Notes under the pieces: model-generated
What the model was told of the DNA's origin: nothing
The model's input: only the letters and a program-made list of their open reading frames with translations
Database searches by the model: none
Shown: positions 28,431 through 42,689 of the stretch, in pieces
Numbering within the stretch: the stretch's first letter is position 1
Layout: each line of letters opens with the position of its first letter
Position numbers and translations under genes: made by a program
NCBI RefSeq assembly: GCF_006345805.1
Contig: NC_043009.1
Location: forward strand, 13,392,001-13,456,000
DNA length: 64,000 nt
Direction: 5' to 3'
Source of the DNA: Octopus sinensis
Lineage: Eukaryota

Positions 28431-30256
28431 TAATCTTGTGCATTGCTTGCTTCCGATATAGGTATTTAGGTAATGCTATATTAGCTATTCTGTAATAGTT
28501 TTCTTGCAGTATAAGGCTTCTACCAACTTCGATACGTTGTATATATATATATATATATTATATATATATATATATAACCTTTCTACGTCAAATTTTAGGA
28601 GGTGCAACTTAAAGTCTGTCCTTATTTTTCTGCTTTCCTGTCTATTTTGATTAGTTCGTTTAGAATCCAGTTAAGAATATTGTTGCTGTAAGTCATAACT
28701 TACGGAGGATTTAGAGAGGGCACTTGCTCCTAGGATTTCAGACAAATATGGGACTGTGGGATTCCTCGATTATCCCTATAGGTGTTCCTATATTAAGAGG
28801 GCCACATCTCTTCCATCTCATCTCCCCACTCTCTTTTAACCTTTGTAGGCTATGCATTTAATGAATATATTCTCTCATGGCTTTTGACCTTAATTGATTT
28901 CAAATGCTATCATGTACATGCTTTGTACATGTACATGCTACAGCAAATATTCTGCTCAATATCACGGATTTGCTTGTCCGTTGCTTCACCTTAACCAATC
29001 CTTTAGTGGCTACGATATTTGCATCTCTGATCAGTAGCAGAAGTAGTGGAAGAGCATCGTAGCCATGTGTTGAGAGAAATTCTATGGGATTTGAATAATT
29101 AATTTCTGTAAACATGTAGGTTTCGTTCATCAACCTTAAACAAACCTTATTCAGGGACCTTTTGGGTAGGATGGGATACTTACCCTGAAGAAAATTCTAA
29201 CTGGGCCCCACTTGCAAGGTGAGCTATGACCAATTGTTCATTGTGGTACCGATCAATCTGAAACGTATTTCTAATATAGTCTTGTTATGAAAATTGTTTT
29301 GGCTATCACCGACGTCACTGCTTTCGCTATAAATATCTTCATTTTCATTTTCATTTTCTGTGTGATATCCGATGTGAAAGTAGGGGTGTTTTTGTATATA
29401 TTCACAACCCTGCAACTCTGCGTTCACCTTCCTAAAAAGAAAAATCGCTATCCCCTCTCTTCCTGATCCCATTCCCCACGTAATTTTCTTTTCCACCACC
29501 ATCAGACAGCGGAAGACTACTCACAATTACTTACTATGAAAGGCCATGACTCCATCTTCATAACTGATTTCACTGACAACTTGTTAAATCTTGCACCGAT
29601 ACCAGTTTTTCGAAATAACCTCAGAAATTAGCAGTTTCATAACCTGCATGGGCATCGAAAGATATTAATATATCTATACATACACTTGCTCTATATATAT
29701 TTGCTTATAAACGCAGCATATTTAAATGGATTTTGCCAAAACATGTAGCAAAATAAATATCTCTTATTTACTTGTGAGTTCTCTGCAATTTTTATGTCTT
29801 TCTATGATGTCTTTCACCTAACACAGCAAGTATAATTGTGTTATGAACTATATTTGGTTATTTTTCACAAGTTTTATCTTATTTCGCCGGAATTTATTGT
29901 GAAAGCAAAACATGACATTGATTTCCCTCTCCATTTACAATTGTGTTACGTTAAATAAACGACTACGAGCTATTAAGCGAATATGCCAGTTACTCTTTTG
30001 TTGTCATTTCGATAACCCGTAATAGAGTAGACATCGTATCGAATCTTCTCTCTACTTCCCCAATGTGGATCAAAAGATGAGTTGTACAATGTTCGGCGAT
30101 CGATGGCATTTATCATTTTACATAACGTGGAAAGAACAACCAGCTACATTTTTAGCGTCTTAGCGAAACTGATTTTCCTGCAAAGTAAAAATAGAATATT
30201 TTCTAACGAAAGTTAAATTCAACATCCTGGTCACTTTATTATGATGACAAAACGGT

Positions 30257-30704
30257 TTATTCCGTTTCCTCAAAACGGTGAACAACTAGTCTGAAATAGT
30301 CTGCGAAGAAGGTGCTTAAAGGGGGAGTTGCTGCAACTTTTGTGTATCCTGAATACATATCTGAAGTAAAATTGAATGAATGTAAGATTATTTAACGGAT
30401 GATCGCGTTACTGACTTATTACTATCTGAATAGAAACTTCTCACCTCCAGTCTGAAGAAAACAGAGGAAATTATGCGTGTTAGTCTCAATTCGAAATAAA
30501 ATTTAGTTTTTTTTTTAATGCATTAAGCAAGATGATCCTCTCAGTTGTTGCAATGGTATCAATGAACTCTTCAGAAACTTTTCTCACACGCATCTTTTCG
30601 CTAATTATAATGATTCATTGGTTCATTGCGAGATAACGTAAATCTAATTCTTACTGCATGTCGAAAATGTACAGCCAGGCAGCTTCATCGAGGAATCTAT
30701 CCAC
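30257..30704 (-). other. Candidate cluster of three small host exons (30655-30704, ~30423-30451, 30257-30360)
   Basis: Three pyrimidine-rich AG acceptors, a GTAAGA donor, an ACTAAC branch-like site, and open peptides VDRFLDEAAWLYIFDM and MYSGYTKVAATPPLSTFFADYFRLVVHRFEETE*. No homology recognised. Confidence 0.3.
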
Positions 30705-30835
30705 CTAAAAGAAAAATGGTAACAAACTCGATCCCATCCAATACCTCTGGTTAACAAATATTTTTTTCATGAAAGTTTTAACTCAACCACAGCGCATCAC
30801 ATATACAGACACATGCACACTTTGCCACACAAATA

Positions 30836-30989
<154 letters not shown>

Positions 30990-31226
30990 CTCAATATTTT
31001 TTCGGATATTACACCTATACCTGGCTTCCATATTTTGTTACTTTATATACAGTATATAACTTTTCTTCTACACTTATTGTTATTTTATGCAAATAGTGTT
31101 CAAGTAATCCCTTTTACATTCTTTTTCATATAATTTTTTCAAACTTCCTTCCCTTATCCCTGTGCACATAATATGTGTATTTATATATATATGTATGTAT
31201 ATATATGTATATATATGTATATATAT

Positions 31227-31292
<66 letters not shown>

Positions 31293-31404
31293 TATAAATA
31301 TATGTGTGTAGATATATATATGTGTGTGTGTTAAATAGTGAGGGTAGAAATTCATATTAATTAATATCAATTTAAACCAGTGGCCTAGCATACTTAAAAA
31401 ATCC

Positions 31405-31680
31405 GAATAAGATGCTAAATCGTCTTACCACAAAGAATGTGTTCTTAAGAAATTTCAGCAAACGCCAGAATGTTTAGTTCTGTGAATTGTTTTCCATGCG
31501 ACGACTACGCTGAAGAGCTGCAGACATTTACATTCGTAAATGTTAGCAGTGAAAATTAGGTATAAAGTTTATCGCCAAATTTTGTATCTTTCATTTGTCT
31601 TGCTCGTTTTATATTGTTGCGTTTGCTGAAATTTCTTGAAGACACATTCTTCGTGGTAAGAAAATTTAGCATCCTCTTCT
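31405..31680. mobile_element. MITE-like element with ~63-bp imperfect terminal inverted repeats
   Basis: GAATAAGATGCTAAAT...TTTCAGCAAACGC (31405-31468) is inverted at 31619-31680. A related arm occurs at ~53875-53930. Confidence 0.7.
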
Positions 31681-31908
31681 AGCATATTAGGAATCCACTT
31701 TTGTCGTTATTCCCCTTATATATGTATGAAGAACAACAACAACAACAACAACAACAGCAATAACAGCAGCATCATCAACAACAGCAATGATAATATTAAT
31801 GACACATTTCCTCCATATTAACCTTGGTTTAATGAATTTCTTTATTCCTTTATTTTATTATCTGAAAGAATTTGTAAAATTATTTCAAAATAATGTGATT
31901 GCCTCATA

Positions 31909-32313
31909 TACTCTTTACTCTTTTACTTGTTTCAGTCATTTGACTGCTGCCATGTTGGAGCACCGCCTTTAATCGAGCAACTCGACCCCGGGACTTATTC
32001 TTTTGTAAGCCCGGTACTTATTCTATCGGTCACTTTTGCCGAACCGCTAAGTAACGGGGACATAAACACACCAGCATCGGTTGTCAAGCAATCCTAGGGG
32101 GACAAACACAGACACACAAACATATACACACACACATATATACATATATATACGACAGGCTTCTTTCAGTTTCCGTCTGCCAAATCCACTCACAAGGGTA
32201 TTGGTCGGCCCGAGGCTATAGCAGAAGACACTTTCCCAAGATGCCACGGAGTGGGACTGAACCCGGAACCATGTGGTTAGTAAGCTACTTACCACACAGC
32301 CACTCCTGCGCCT
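31909..32313 (-). mobile_element. SINE family B, full length
   Basis: Head, body and tail as at 3166-3574. Confidence 0.9.
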
Positions 32314-33379
32314 ATGTTTCTATATTTATAGAAAATTTATTTTGAGTCGTCGTTTATAATTTTACAAATTTCAAGACTATCGGAAGTAACAATTTGCCCA
32401 CTGTTTAAATAATTATACGAAAAGTTTCTGGGTATTATGTCTTTGCTCATTTAGATGTTGTTAAGAACTGCTTTGATTCTCATAAAAATTCGCGTCTGGA
32501 ATGTCGATAAAATTATACTTATTACGTGGCCGTTTAGATTTATTTGCAAACTTCGTGGTGCCTAAATTATAAGAAACAAAAATGATTCCATCAATGCATT
32601 GATTCAAAACATAGATAAGACGAGGGTTTTAGTAATGAAGTCTTCAATGATAATTATTTTTGTAATGCATCTCATTACAACCAGGTCCAAGATCTCTAGA
32701 GAAAAGCAGTTTCACAAGAGTTTAAAAAACTGTATAATCTATATTTTTCAATTAAATTCATAAATAATTAAATATATTTAATTATTTATGAATTTATCAA
32801 AAGAAAGTCAAAATTAATTATGTATGATTAATTAAGTGTATGCACCGTATTATAGTTCAATTTTCGAGTAAATTGTTATATAAATGTAAAATTATAATGT
32901 ATACAAATGCACTCATAGATGTAAATATATAACCTGTACAGCAAGGCAAAAAATTTAGAATAAGGAAGTTTGTTTAGAAGTTATAGACATTGAATAAACA
33001 ATATTATAATTATAAACTAATCAAAAAGCTTAATCTAAGAATAAGCATATACATTTGCAATTGTTAACGATTAGATGTAAAAAGGAGAAATTGTGATAAA
33101 CTTGCAAAACTTATACAAAGAAAAGTACACACAAGCAAATCCGTCCATTTGAGGCATGAATTTGAAGTACTTAAATTATACGACATCACAAGTTTCCTAT
33201 ACGTCTGTAACAAGAAGAAAATTGGGGTTCGGTTTCCTGAGTGGATTTCTATGATACTACGTGCGTAACATCACACGCATAAAGACAGATTACTGTATTT
33301 CAGTAGAAATAAACGGTTTCTTTAAATTTCAGATTGATTTTTATGCGTCAAATATATTTCTAATTAATGCACCGGTAGT

Positions 33380-34560
33380 ACCATGTTGGGTCAAAAATTC
33401 TTTCGGATTGTATTGCCATTTTATATCAGTAATTTGATACAACTAGTTTTCCAATCAGTGCTTAATTGTTTGTTTTTTATTTTCAAATGTAATATATAAG
33501 CATTAATTGCTTATTCTTTGTTTTACAGCTTCGAGGATGAGTGGTGAAAACATTGCAATTAGAGCCGTTTTACGCTACTTTTGGAATGAAAAGGGACCGA
33601 TCCTAAAGAGTAGCAGCAAAATAAATTAATGACATGGAAGGCCCAGGAATTGTCAACGAACGTGTGAAGCAAAATTGGGTCAGACGTTTCAATGAATGTG
33701 ACAGCAGGAGACAAACCGATGTCATGTAGATATTCTTTTCGAGAAGATGAGGCCGTGCTTGAAATGATTGAACAAGAGCCTAACACAAACATTCGTCCAT
33801 CATCGTCTTTACGAAGCACCATCACCTCCATAAGCTTGCTCTTTTGGACAGACGTTATCTAGAAGTCCTTCGTGAACGGGCCAATGACCAGGCTCAACGA
33901 CATGTGAGCATTTGCAAACAACTGCTGGAAAATCCTCGGGATGCCCGTTTTCGACGTCGAATTGTTACTGGAGAAGGAAAATGGATCTAATTTCAAAATC
34001 CTTATAGGAGAGATCTCTGACTTGTCTTCCGCCAGGCTTCAGTACCTTACCAAAAAGAAAGGATGGTTTGAACTGAAGGCGGAATTTCGAGGATGCATTG
34101 CACTTCGATTTGTCCCAGATATTCATGCAGTAAACGCTTATATTTGGACTCAACAGCAGCAGCAAGTATACGATGCTTTGAAAGCCTGCTACTTAAGACT
34201 AGTCAATGGAAGATGCGCACTCTTACAACATGAGAATGTTCCAGCAGACACTGCCAATGTGACCAAGTGCAAACTTCTAGAATTTAAGAAGTTGGAAGTG
34301 ATGCCTCAACCTATCTATAGCCCAGTCCTTGCACCATTAGATTATTATTTTTGTCGAGCCATGGCACATTTCCTGCACGGACAGGGATTCATCAGTGTGA
34401 ATGAGGTTGGAAACGGGTGTCAGAAGATTTTTCCTCAAAATACAGCCAAATGGAATAAATGTGGAATTGGGCTTCTGGTAGAACGATGGCAAAAGACGAT
34501 AGAAATATGGTGTGATATAATTTGGTGAATAAACGCTTTTCGTATGCAATTTGTTTAAAC
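33380..34560 (+). mobile_element. Tc1/mariner transposon remnant (transposase pseudogene)
   Basis: N-terminal INDMEGPGIVNERVKQNWVRRF, catalytic LLQHENVPA and PIYSPVLAPLDYYF (YSPDLAP motif), LLVERWQKTIE. Frameshifted; a TIR pair was not resolved. Confidence 0.85.
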
Positions 34561-36144
34561 GATTAATTAAAGTTTGAATACAAAAAAAATACGAAAAGTG
34601 GTAAGTTGTATGCAGGTTGCATTTTGAAATTTACTGGCTCCGAAATAAGTTTGGGTGATGGATGTTTGCACTTCTTTGCACAAAGAAATTTTTGTCTTGT
34701 TCAAGTTCAAGTTAAGTAGAATCAAAATGTTGGGATTTCAGTCGTACATACTAGACGATGACTAATATGTAGATTGTTTGATATTTGCTTCTGTAACAAT
34801 AAAGCATTTTAACGGTGGTTTGGCCTCTCAAAAGCCTTTCGGAAAACAAATATACTTCAAACAAATAGTATCATTGCATTTCTGAATAGGCATCATAGCA
34901 TTTATTCTCAATACTATTGGAGTATCAAGCTTTAAAAGTATTCGCGGTTATTCCAATTTATGCCTGAAATGCACGGTACATTGCATACAGGATTTAGTAT
35001 CATCATTTTCATCTAGTGGCTGATTTCTCATAAAATTTTGATCTTAATGAGTTTCAGCACGCTCGTAAATCTCTGATTGCATTGTAAGTTGATTTTAAAT
35101 GTACTCCTAATGTTATTGGCTTCCTGTTTTGATGCAGTTAAATTATACATCTTATTTGTCGCTTTCTAGTACAACTCATGATGGTACGAAATTATTGTAA
35201 ACTTCTGTTGGCTTAATACAATCCGCAGATAGGATATATAGTTGGTATTTTATCTTTAGGTAGTGCGTGTCTATTTTCAATAACTCGCAGCTTTAGCTGT
35301 ATCAATATAACTTTGTGTGCATGTGTATGTGTGTGTTACTTTGTTTAATTTAACACATGCGCACGCACACGCAAACACACATTTCTTTTTCCGTCACACT
35401 ATATATTTACGTGTAAACACAGCATATTTAAATAGATTTTGTAAAAATGTAGTAAAATAGATATTTTCTTATTCACTTGTGATTTTTCAGCAGTATTTAA
35501 CTGCAGTTATAAATAACCGTTATGTACTCTAAATACATTAAAAATAACCTTTCTTTTCCAGTTGCCTTATTATAAGAATTGTCCACTTTCGCAAGGCTGC
35601 AAAAAATGTGAATCATTCACGAAAGTTGTATATGTGACACAAAAATGTCACTATGCATTGGCTCAATAAGAAAATACCTGCTCATACAACCACTTCACAC
35701 AATCATCAGGTTAAAGCAGTCAAGCATTTAAGCATGACACACCGTTCTCCGCTATTGTTCTGAGTTTCACACGACATATTTACTGGACTAACCCTTTGAT
35801 GTCGGCTTCAGATGCGGTTATCACTTGACCTGAATACACAGCAATAGCATAAAAATCTGATACAAAAATTTCATTACTTCACCACGTGAGCATTCTCAGC
35901 GAATCAATCAGTATGTTTTCTGATTGGGAACTCAATCACATTCTCTCAATAAAAAAAAACGAACGAAATTTGGACAACGGCCAGATACAACTCTGCGACA
36001 CAGATTCTCGTTTCTCATATATTATAATTTTCATTAATACAAAAAAAATCTTTTACACTTTGAGTGCATTTTCAGCTTCTTTTATTTGCTGTATACTACT
36101 TCTTGCAATAATTGCTAACTATTCCTTGTCGGTCTACTCTCTCA

Positions 36145-36208
<64 letters not shown>

Positions 36209-36212
<4 letters not shown>

Positions 36213-36438
36213 CTTTACTACCCACAAGGGGCTAAACACAGAGGGGACAAACAAGGACAGACAAAGGGATTAAGTCGACTACATCGACCCCAGTGCGTAA
36301 CTGGTACTTAATTTATCGACCCCGAAAGGATGAAAGGCAAAGTTGACCTCGGCGGAATTTGAACTCGGAACGTAACGACAGACGAAATACGGCTACGAAT
36401 CTCGCCCGGCGTGCTAACGTTTCTACCAGCTCGCCGCC
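36209..36438 (-). mobile_element. SINE family A, full length
   Basis: Reverse complement of the 1572-1802 copy. Confidence 0.9.
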
Positions 36439-38259
36439 TTAATATATATATATATGGTGAGAGATAGGTAGGTATACATATGCGCATGCACATATACATA
36501 CATACGTGCATATCGAGATCTAGTATACGGCAGTGGTGTAGGGTAGTGATCACCCCGTATTTTGTGTGTAAGGGATCAGATTGAATCGTCCAGTGTCATA
36601 TGATATGGTAGCTTAAAATTTGATTGGCTGCTCTTTTAATACAAGTTTCAAGTTTCAACTTTGGTTATAACACGTTACATCTTAAACACGTTACATCTTA
36701 AACACGTTGCATCTAATAAAGATGTGCACTACGCATGTCTTCATTATAAGGCTTTCAAAGATTAATCAGGAAAACCGCAACATATTAGAATCGGAGCCAT
36801 CGAACAAATGAGAGGTGAATAATAATCACAACAAAGGAAGCATGAAATCGAAATTATATGGTTCGACATTATAATCTTTTTATTGTAATCACTGATTCAA
36901 ATTACTACGTACGGAAAATAATACATACAGCACAGGTGGGACGAAGAGAGAATTCTAGAGACTAGACTAGTGTATATTCCAGTGCAATATGGCAGCTATT
37001 TCAGAACATGCTTTCATATAGATTGAATTGTTCTATTGTTTACCTCTATGTCACGCCTATTAAAACTGGTTAGTCTATAACATGAAACAAATGTTCGTAA
37101 GATCAGATTTATTTCTAGTGCATGAGCATAGAAATGGTATGACAATAAAGAATAAAGTAAGATCAAAGCATTGACAATGTAGTCTTGTAGAGCAGAGAAT
37201 ATGTGGTTAATAGTAGTTTTCCATTTGTAATACTAGCGCATCTAAAAGAATAAAATTAATAATTAAATGCAGGTACATGTGCAAGGTGATTCAATAAGTT
37301 ACTGTACTACACATTTAGAAATTGTGTGTGCCCATATGCTGCCAGTGAGACTGATCTGTGCCCGTGCTAGATGTTCACAGCGGTCAAATCTAACTTTAGG
37401 TTTGTAGGCACCAGTGCTTGACACACCAAAATATTAAAAGCAAATCAACCACACGAACAGCAGTGCTGTAGACATGCACCAAATTCAGTCCAATCTCGTT
37501 TGAAACATTTCTTTTGTAGTACTCAAAATGACAGAATGGCTGATATGAACACGCTGAGTAAAAACAAAATATGTGGACGCAAGGTATGTTAGAAGTAGCC
37601 AAATATCTTTCGATTCGGGACGTAACGCTTTCAAACAGGAAGGATACGTTGAACAATAAAGTTTTATATATGCAAAGAAACAGTAAGTCTACAAGTCGTA
37701 TGAAACATCAGGCATAAAATCATTAGTGTCTATTAATCACAATTTTGAAGGTAGACAATTGGCTATAAGTTGAAGCGTTCATCAGAAATGCTGGATATTT
37801 GAACTCAGTCGATACATGGCAACGTTGGTAAATAACATAACATTAGGATTGAGTATATCACATACACACATACACACAAACACACACACACATGCACACA
37901 CACAAACATGTATATATGTATGTATTCATGTATTCATATATATATATATATATGAATAAATAAATAAATGGAGTTTAACGCAGGTGTAAATCAAATATTT
38001 TTACTTTCGACACATGTTTCGAAAATTCCACTGATACTATTCAAAAGAATAAATGGTATAAACAATGCAATCTTCTCTTCGGGAAAGTGAAAAAACGGGA
38101 CTCGTCAATAAGACATTTTAGCAAAAAATGATGAATTTGTATAGCGATTGACAGAACGCTATTAATATTGTTTAAAAAAACGTTATATGATATAACGTCA
38201 TAAGTAGCTAACAGAAAGGTAACATTAAAGAGGGTGGTGTTAAAGAATAGTGGTCAGTT

Positions 38260-39270
38260 GCGGCACCCTGTGCAAGAGGAAGTAAAGGTTCCTATTTGAG
38301 TGCCAGAAGAAGGGGAAGAACTACGGTCCTGTAAGTTGTGTAGGCTGTGGATGCATTAGAAGGAAATGATGGGGGAAAGATAGGAGCTGGTGTACGGATT
38401 GAAGTGCGCAGAATAAGCTTAAGATAGTGCGTTGGAGGTGTAGTGTGGGTTGATGATGGGTGATGGGTAAAGGGAAATGGATAAGGGTTCGACGGATACG
38501 GAGAGAGCACTGATGCAAGGTGGACAAACCGAGCGTGGGTTAGAGCAGCAGGGAATATAGTGGTGGCGATCTGGCAGAAACGTTAGTACGCCGGTCGAAA
38601 TGCGTAGCCGTATTTCGTCTGCCGTTACGTTCTGAGTTCAAATTCCACCGAGGTCGACTTTGCCTTTCATCCTTTCGGAGTCGATAAATTAAGTACCAGT
38701 TACACACTTGGGTTGATGTAATTGACTTAATCCGTTTGTCTGTCCTTGTTTGTCCCCTCTGTGTTTAGCTACTTGTGGGTAGTAAAGAAATAGCTATTTC
38801 GTTTGTCGTTACGTTCTGAGTTCAAATTCCGCCGTGATCGACTTTGCCTTTCAACCTTTCGGGGTCGATAAGTTAAGTACCAGTTACACACTGGGGTCGA
38901 TATAATCGACTTAATCCGTTTGTCTGCCCTTGTTTGTCCCCTCTGTGTGTAGCCCCTTGTGGGCAGTAAAGAAATAGGAATGTAATGGTGGAGTAAACTC
39001 GTGTGAAATGGAGGAGCCATTAGTTGGGACTGGGTCTCGAAGTCCTGCTTGTCGCTACAGGTTCTGTGACATTGAAGTAAGTTGAGAATAGGAGATGGAC
39101 CGTTTGGTGGTTGTGAAATATGGGGGGCGGGGATTTGACATAAACGTGGGAGTCCATATGCTTATAGTATGTGGGAGTATTAAGGAATATTAGAATATGG
39201 AGACGAAAGTATCAGGAAAGAGACCGGAGTTGTGATACTGAGCAGGGACACTGTCTAATGATTGAAACAA
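38260..39270 (-). mobile_element. Highly decayed Penelope-like fragment interrupted by SINE A
   Basis: Weak peptide similarity: FLILSSPYSNIP (RT SLYTNIP motif) and STAYTTYRTVV...GTFTSSCTGCR (AY.R.KNL...G.F.C..C linker). Confidence 0.4.
38565..38976 (+). mobile_element. SINE family A, full copy plus 5'-truncated tandem copy
   Basis: Flanked by an imperfect TSD: GGAATATAGTGGT (38552-38564) and GGAATGTAATGGT (38977-38989). Confidence 0.9.
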
Positions 39271-39439
39271 GGAAAAGGATAAAAAAGGATTAAAATGTAT
39301 GTATCTATTTCAGAGTACATATATTTTATATATTTATATTCAAACGCGCGCAAACTGACACTCACCCACCGACACACAAACATACATACCTGCGTGTGTA
39401 TGTGAGTGCGTGTGTGCGCACGTGTGTGTGTGCATACGT

Positions 39440-39625
39440 ACTTTTATTCTTGTCTTTTGTTTGTTGCAATCATTTGACTGCGGCCAAGCTAGTGCAATGC
39501 TTTGAAGTGTTTTAGTCGAACAAATCGACACGAATACTTATTTCTGAAGTCTAGTACTTATTCTATCGTCTCTTTTGCCGAACCGCTAGGTTACTGGAAC
39601 GTAAGCACACCAACATCAGCTTTTA
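39440..39625 (-). mobile_element. SINE family B, 3' half, diverged
   Basis: Tail-region similarity to family B. Confidence 0.65.
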
Positions 39626-39828
39626 GCGGAGATGCCGTCAAACACGTACACAGAGGCGCGCCCATGCACACACACACACACACACACACATTCACACACA
39701 CAGACACACATATATATATATATATGTTTTCATATAAGTACTGGGATCAATTAGATTCAAGGCGGTGCCCCAGTTTGGGGGTCCTGTGTATATATATATG
39801 TCTATATCTATATCTATCTATCTATCTC

Positions 39829-40331
<503 letters not shown>

Positions 40332-40960
40332 TATATATATACACTTGTGTGTTTATATGCGCCTGTATGTAGAGAAATCTTAAATCAAGATCTGTAAATT
40401 TCGGAATGCATCACGGAAATGCCTTCTCAACGAATCCAGTGATTAATTCATGGTTTTGATGATCAATGTTGTTGTTGCTGACATGTCAACTGCGGCAACC
40501 GCCATCTCCACCACTTCTACCGCTGCTGCTGCTGTTGCTCCTGATACTGTCGACGCTACTGTTGCTGCCATTACTGCTGCTGATGGTACCGATGATGATG
40601 ACATCATAATTATAAGTATGATGGTGCTGTAGGATCCATCGATTATAAGAACATTTTTTCTGAAATTCACACTCACCACTGTATGTCTGGATATTGGATC
40701 TATTTTCAGTAATACACAGTGTTATCTCTATAAAAGTATCGATCGTTCCCTTAGCCCGCAGATTAGAATCGGGACAACCATCAAAGTAGTCGAATATTTT
40801 TGCCTTGTCTCATGGCAGTCAGTATACTATGTACATTGTTTCAATACTGAATTCTTAACTGTTCCGTAAGCTTATATTTAAGTTTTGCTACCACATTCCT
40901 GAATGGATTACTGCTGTTAAAAGTGATTGGACTAAACAAATTTTAAAAAGTTTCATCAGA

Positions 40961-41328
40961 TTATCACCTCTACGTTAGCGAAGGCATATGTATTGTTTTT
41001 AGTGTTGTTTGTTTGTTTGTTTGTCCGTGGACAAAATATCTCTGGATATCTCAAGAACTAGTTGGTAGATTCAGAGGTAACTTTCAGGAATGTTTGGCAA
41101 CGATTAGATTTTCGGATCGATCCAGTATCGGACAAGGATTCTGGATTATTTTTCCTGTGTCTTTTTCTTAATTTTTGAGAGTGGTCGGATTTACTTTTAG
41201 TATTCTCGCTTCAGAGAGCAGTGAAGTTTATTTCAGATATTCTCATTTTAAAAATCAGCACTGACTAATCGTTGAGAGGACGTTGGTTTTGCATTGACGG
41301 AGGTTTGCGCTCTCTGAGTGTTCTTGTT
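40961..41328 (+). mobile_element. Helentron-associated non-autonomous element (HINE/DINE-1-like)
   Basis: Starts TTATCACCTCTACGTTAGCGAAGG, has a (GTTT)n tract, ends ACGGAGG plus hairpin GCGCTCTCTGAGTGT and TT. This is the typical HINE organisation. Confidence 0.7.
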
Positions 41329-42264
41329 AATATTGAGTTAATGGTCCTTGTGAGAATCCTTGTCAATTTTTTCGTTCCTACTTTAGGGCGAAGGCGACAA
41401 TAACAACAATTGTAGTAACAACAGCAGAATTAACAGAAACACCAGTAATCAGCTAAAAAAGAAAAAAATATATATGCAAAATTAAGGCTATTTCAAATTT
41501 AAGATTTTTGCCTTGAGAAAATTGTAAGCACCACCGATTACCAGAATTTCGCACATTAAGTGGAGGTTTTCGTTTAATTAAATGAAATCGGTATTGCATG
41601 TAGTAGCGACTGTGAGTTTGAAAAAGTTATACAGAATTCTGAGTTACGTCAAAAATGTTAAGCATTAATTCTAGATATTTCCCACTGATATACCCAATGA
41701 AACAATCTACATGCAATTCACGTGAAGGTAATCTAAGATATTTAGAAACCCTATTGAGTAATTAGGTGTGACTAGAGATCAATTTTTCCAGATGCATAAT
41801 ACTTGCATACAATTGAGAATATACTACGCTCTCTGATATGCAAAAGTTAGCTGTATAGGATGTAATATAACAGACTACATAAGCTACACACTCCCCACAG
41901 TTCAATCTATTTGTATTTACTTTTAGGTTCGGAAATCACTGGCAATCGTTCGGAACTTAACATCGATTATGAGAATTTATGTAATATTTGGAGTTAATGA
42001 AATCATTCAGGTTGTTCTACTATATGATTTCCCCCCTAACCTTCATATTCACAGAATTGTGTTACTGACTTGCCTCCTGACTCGTTAGCTCGGTTCCTCG
42101 AGTCCCGTCATAAATCAAATAGGTCCAAGATAACATCAATGAACCATGATTCACTTCTTGAGTCATTTCCTGAAGTACTTCTTTGGTGTTGTCGGTCAAG
42201 GAGTTTATATCATCATCTTCCAGAGGTTAAGGACTGCAAACCTACCACCTACTTTGATCTCAGT

Positions 42265-42428
42265 GGCGACGCAATGGCCCAGTGGTTAGGGCAGCGGACT
42301 CGCGGTCATAGGATCGCGGTTTCAATTTCCAGACCGGGCGTTGTGAGTGTTTATTGAGCGAAAACACCTAAAGCTCCACGAGGCTCCGGCAGGGGATGGT
42401 GGTGATCCCTGTTGTACTCTTTCACCAC

Positions 42429-42464
<36 letters not shown>

Positions 42465-42670
42465 TACTTCCTGTTTCTGTTGTACCTGTATTTCAAAGGG
42501 CCGGCCTTGTCACTCTCTGTGTCATGCTGAATATCCCCGAGAACTACGTTAAGGGTACACGTGTCTGTGGAGTGCTCAGCCACTTACACGTTAATTTCAC
42601 GAGCAGGCTGTTCCGTTGATTCAGATCAACCGGAACCCTCGTCGTCGTAACCGACGGAGTGCTTCCAACA
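42265..42670 (+). mobile_element. tRNA-derived SINE family D, tail type 1
   Basis: Head GGCGACGCAATGGCCCAGTGGTTAGGG with A and B boxes; head and body shared with the 57231 copy. Confidence 0.85.
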
Positions 42671-42689
42671 AAAACTTTGATCTCAAACA

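Noticed and set aside
40443-40679. Ala/Thr/Val-rich ORFs on both strands
   Set aside because: Degenerate (GCT)/(GTT)/(GAT) trinucleotide repeat with no splice or homology support.
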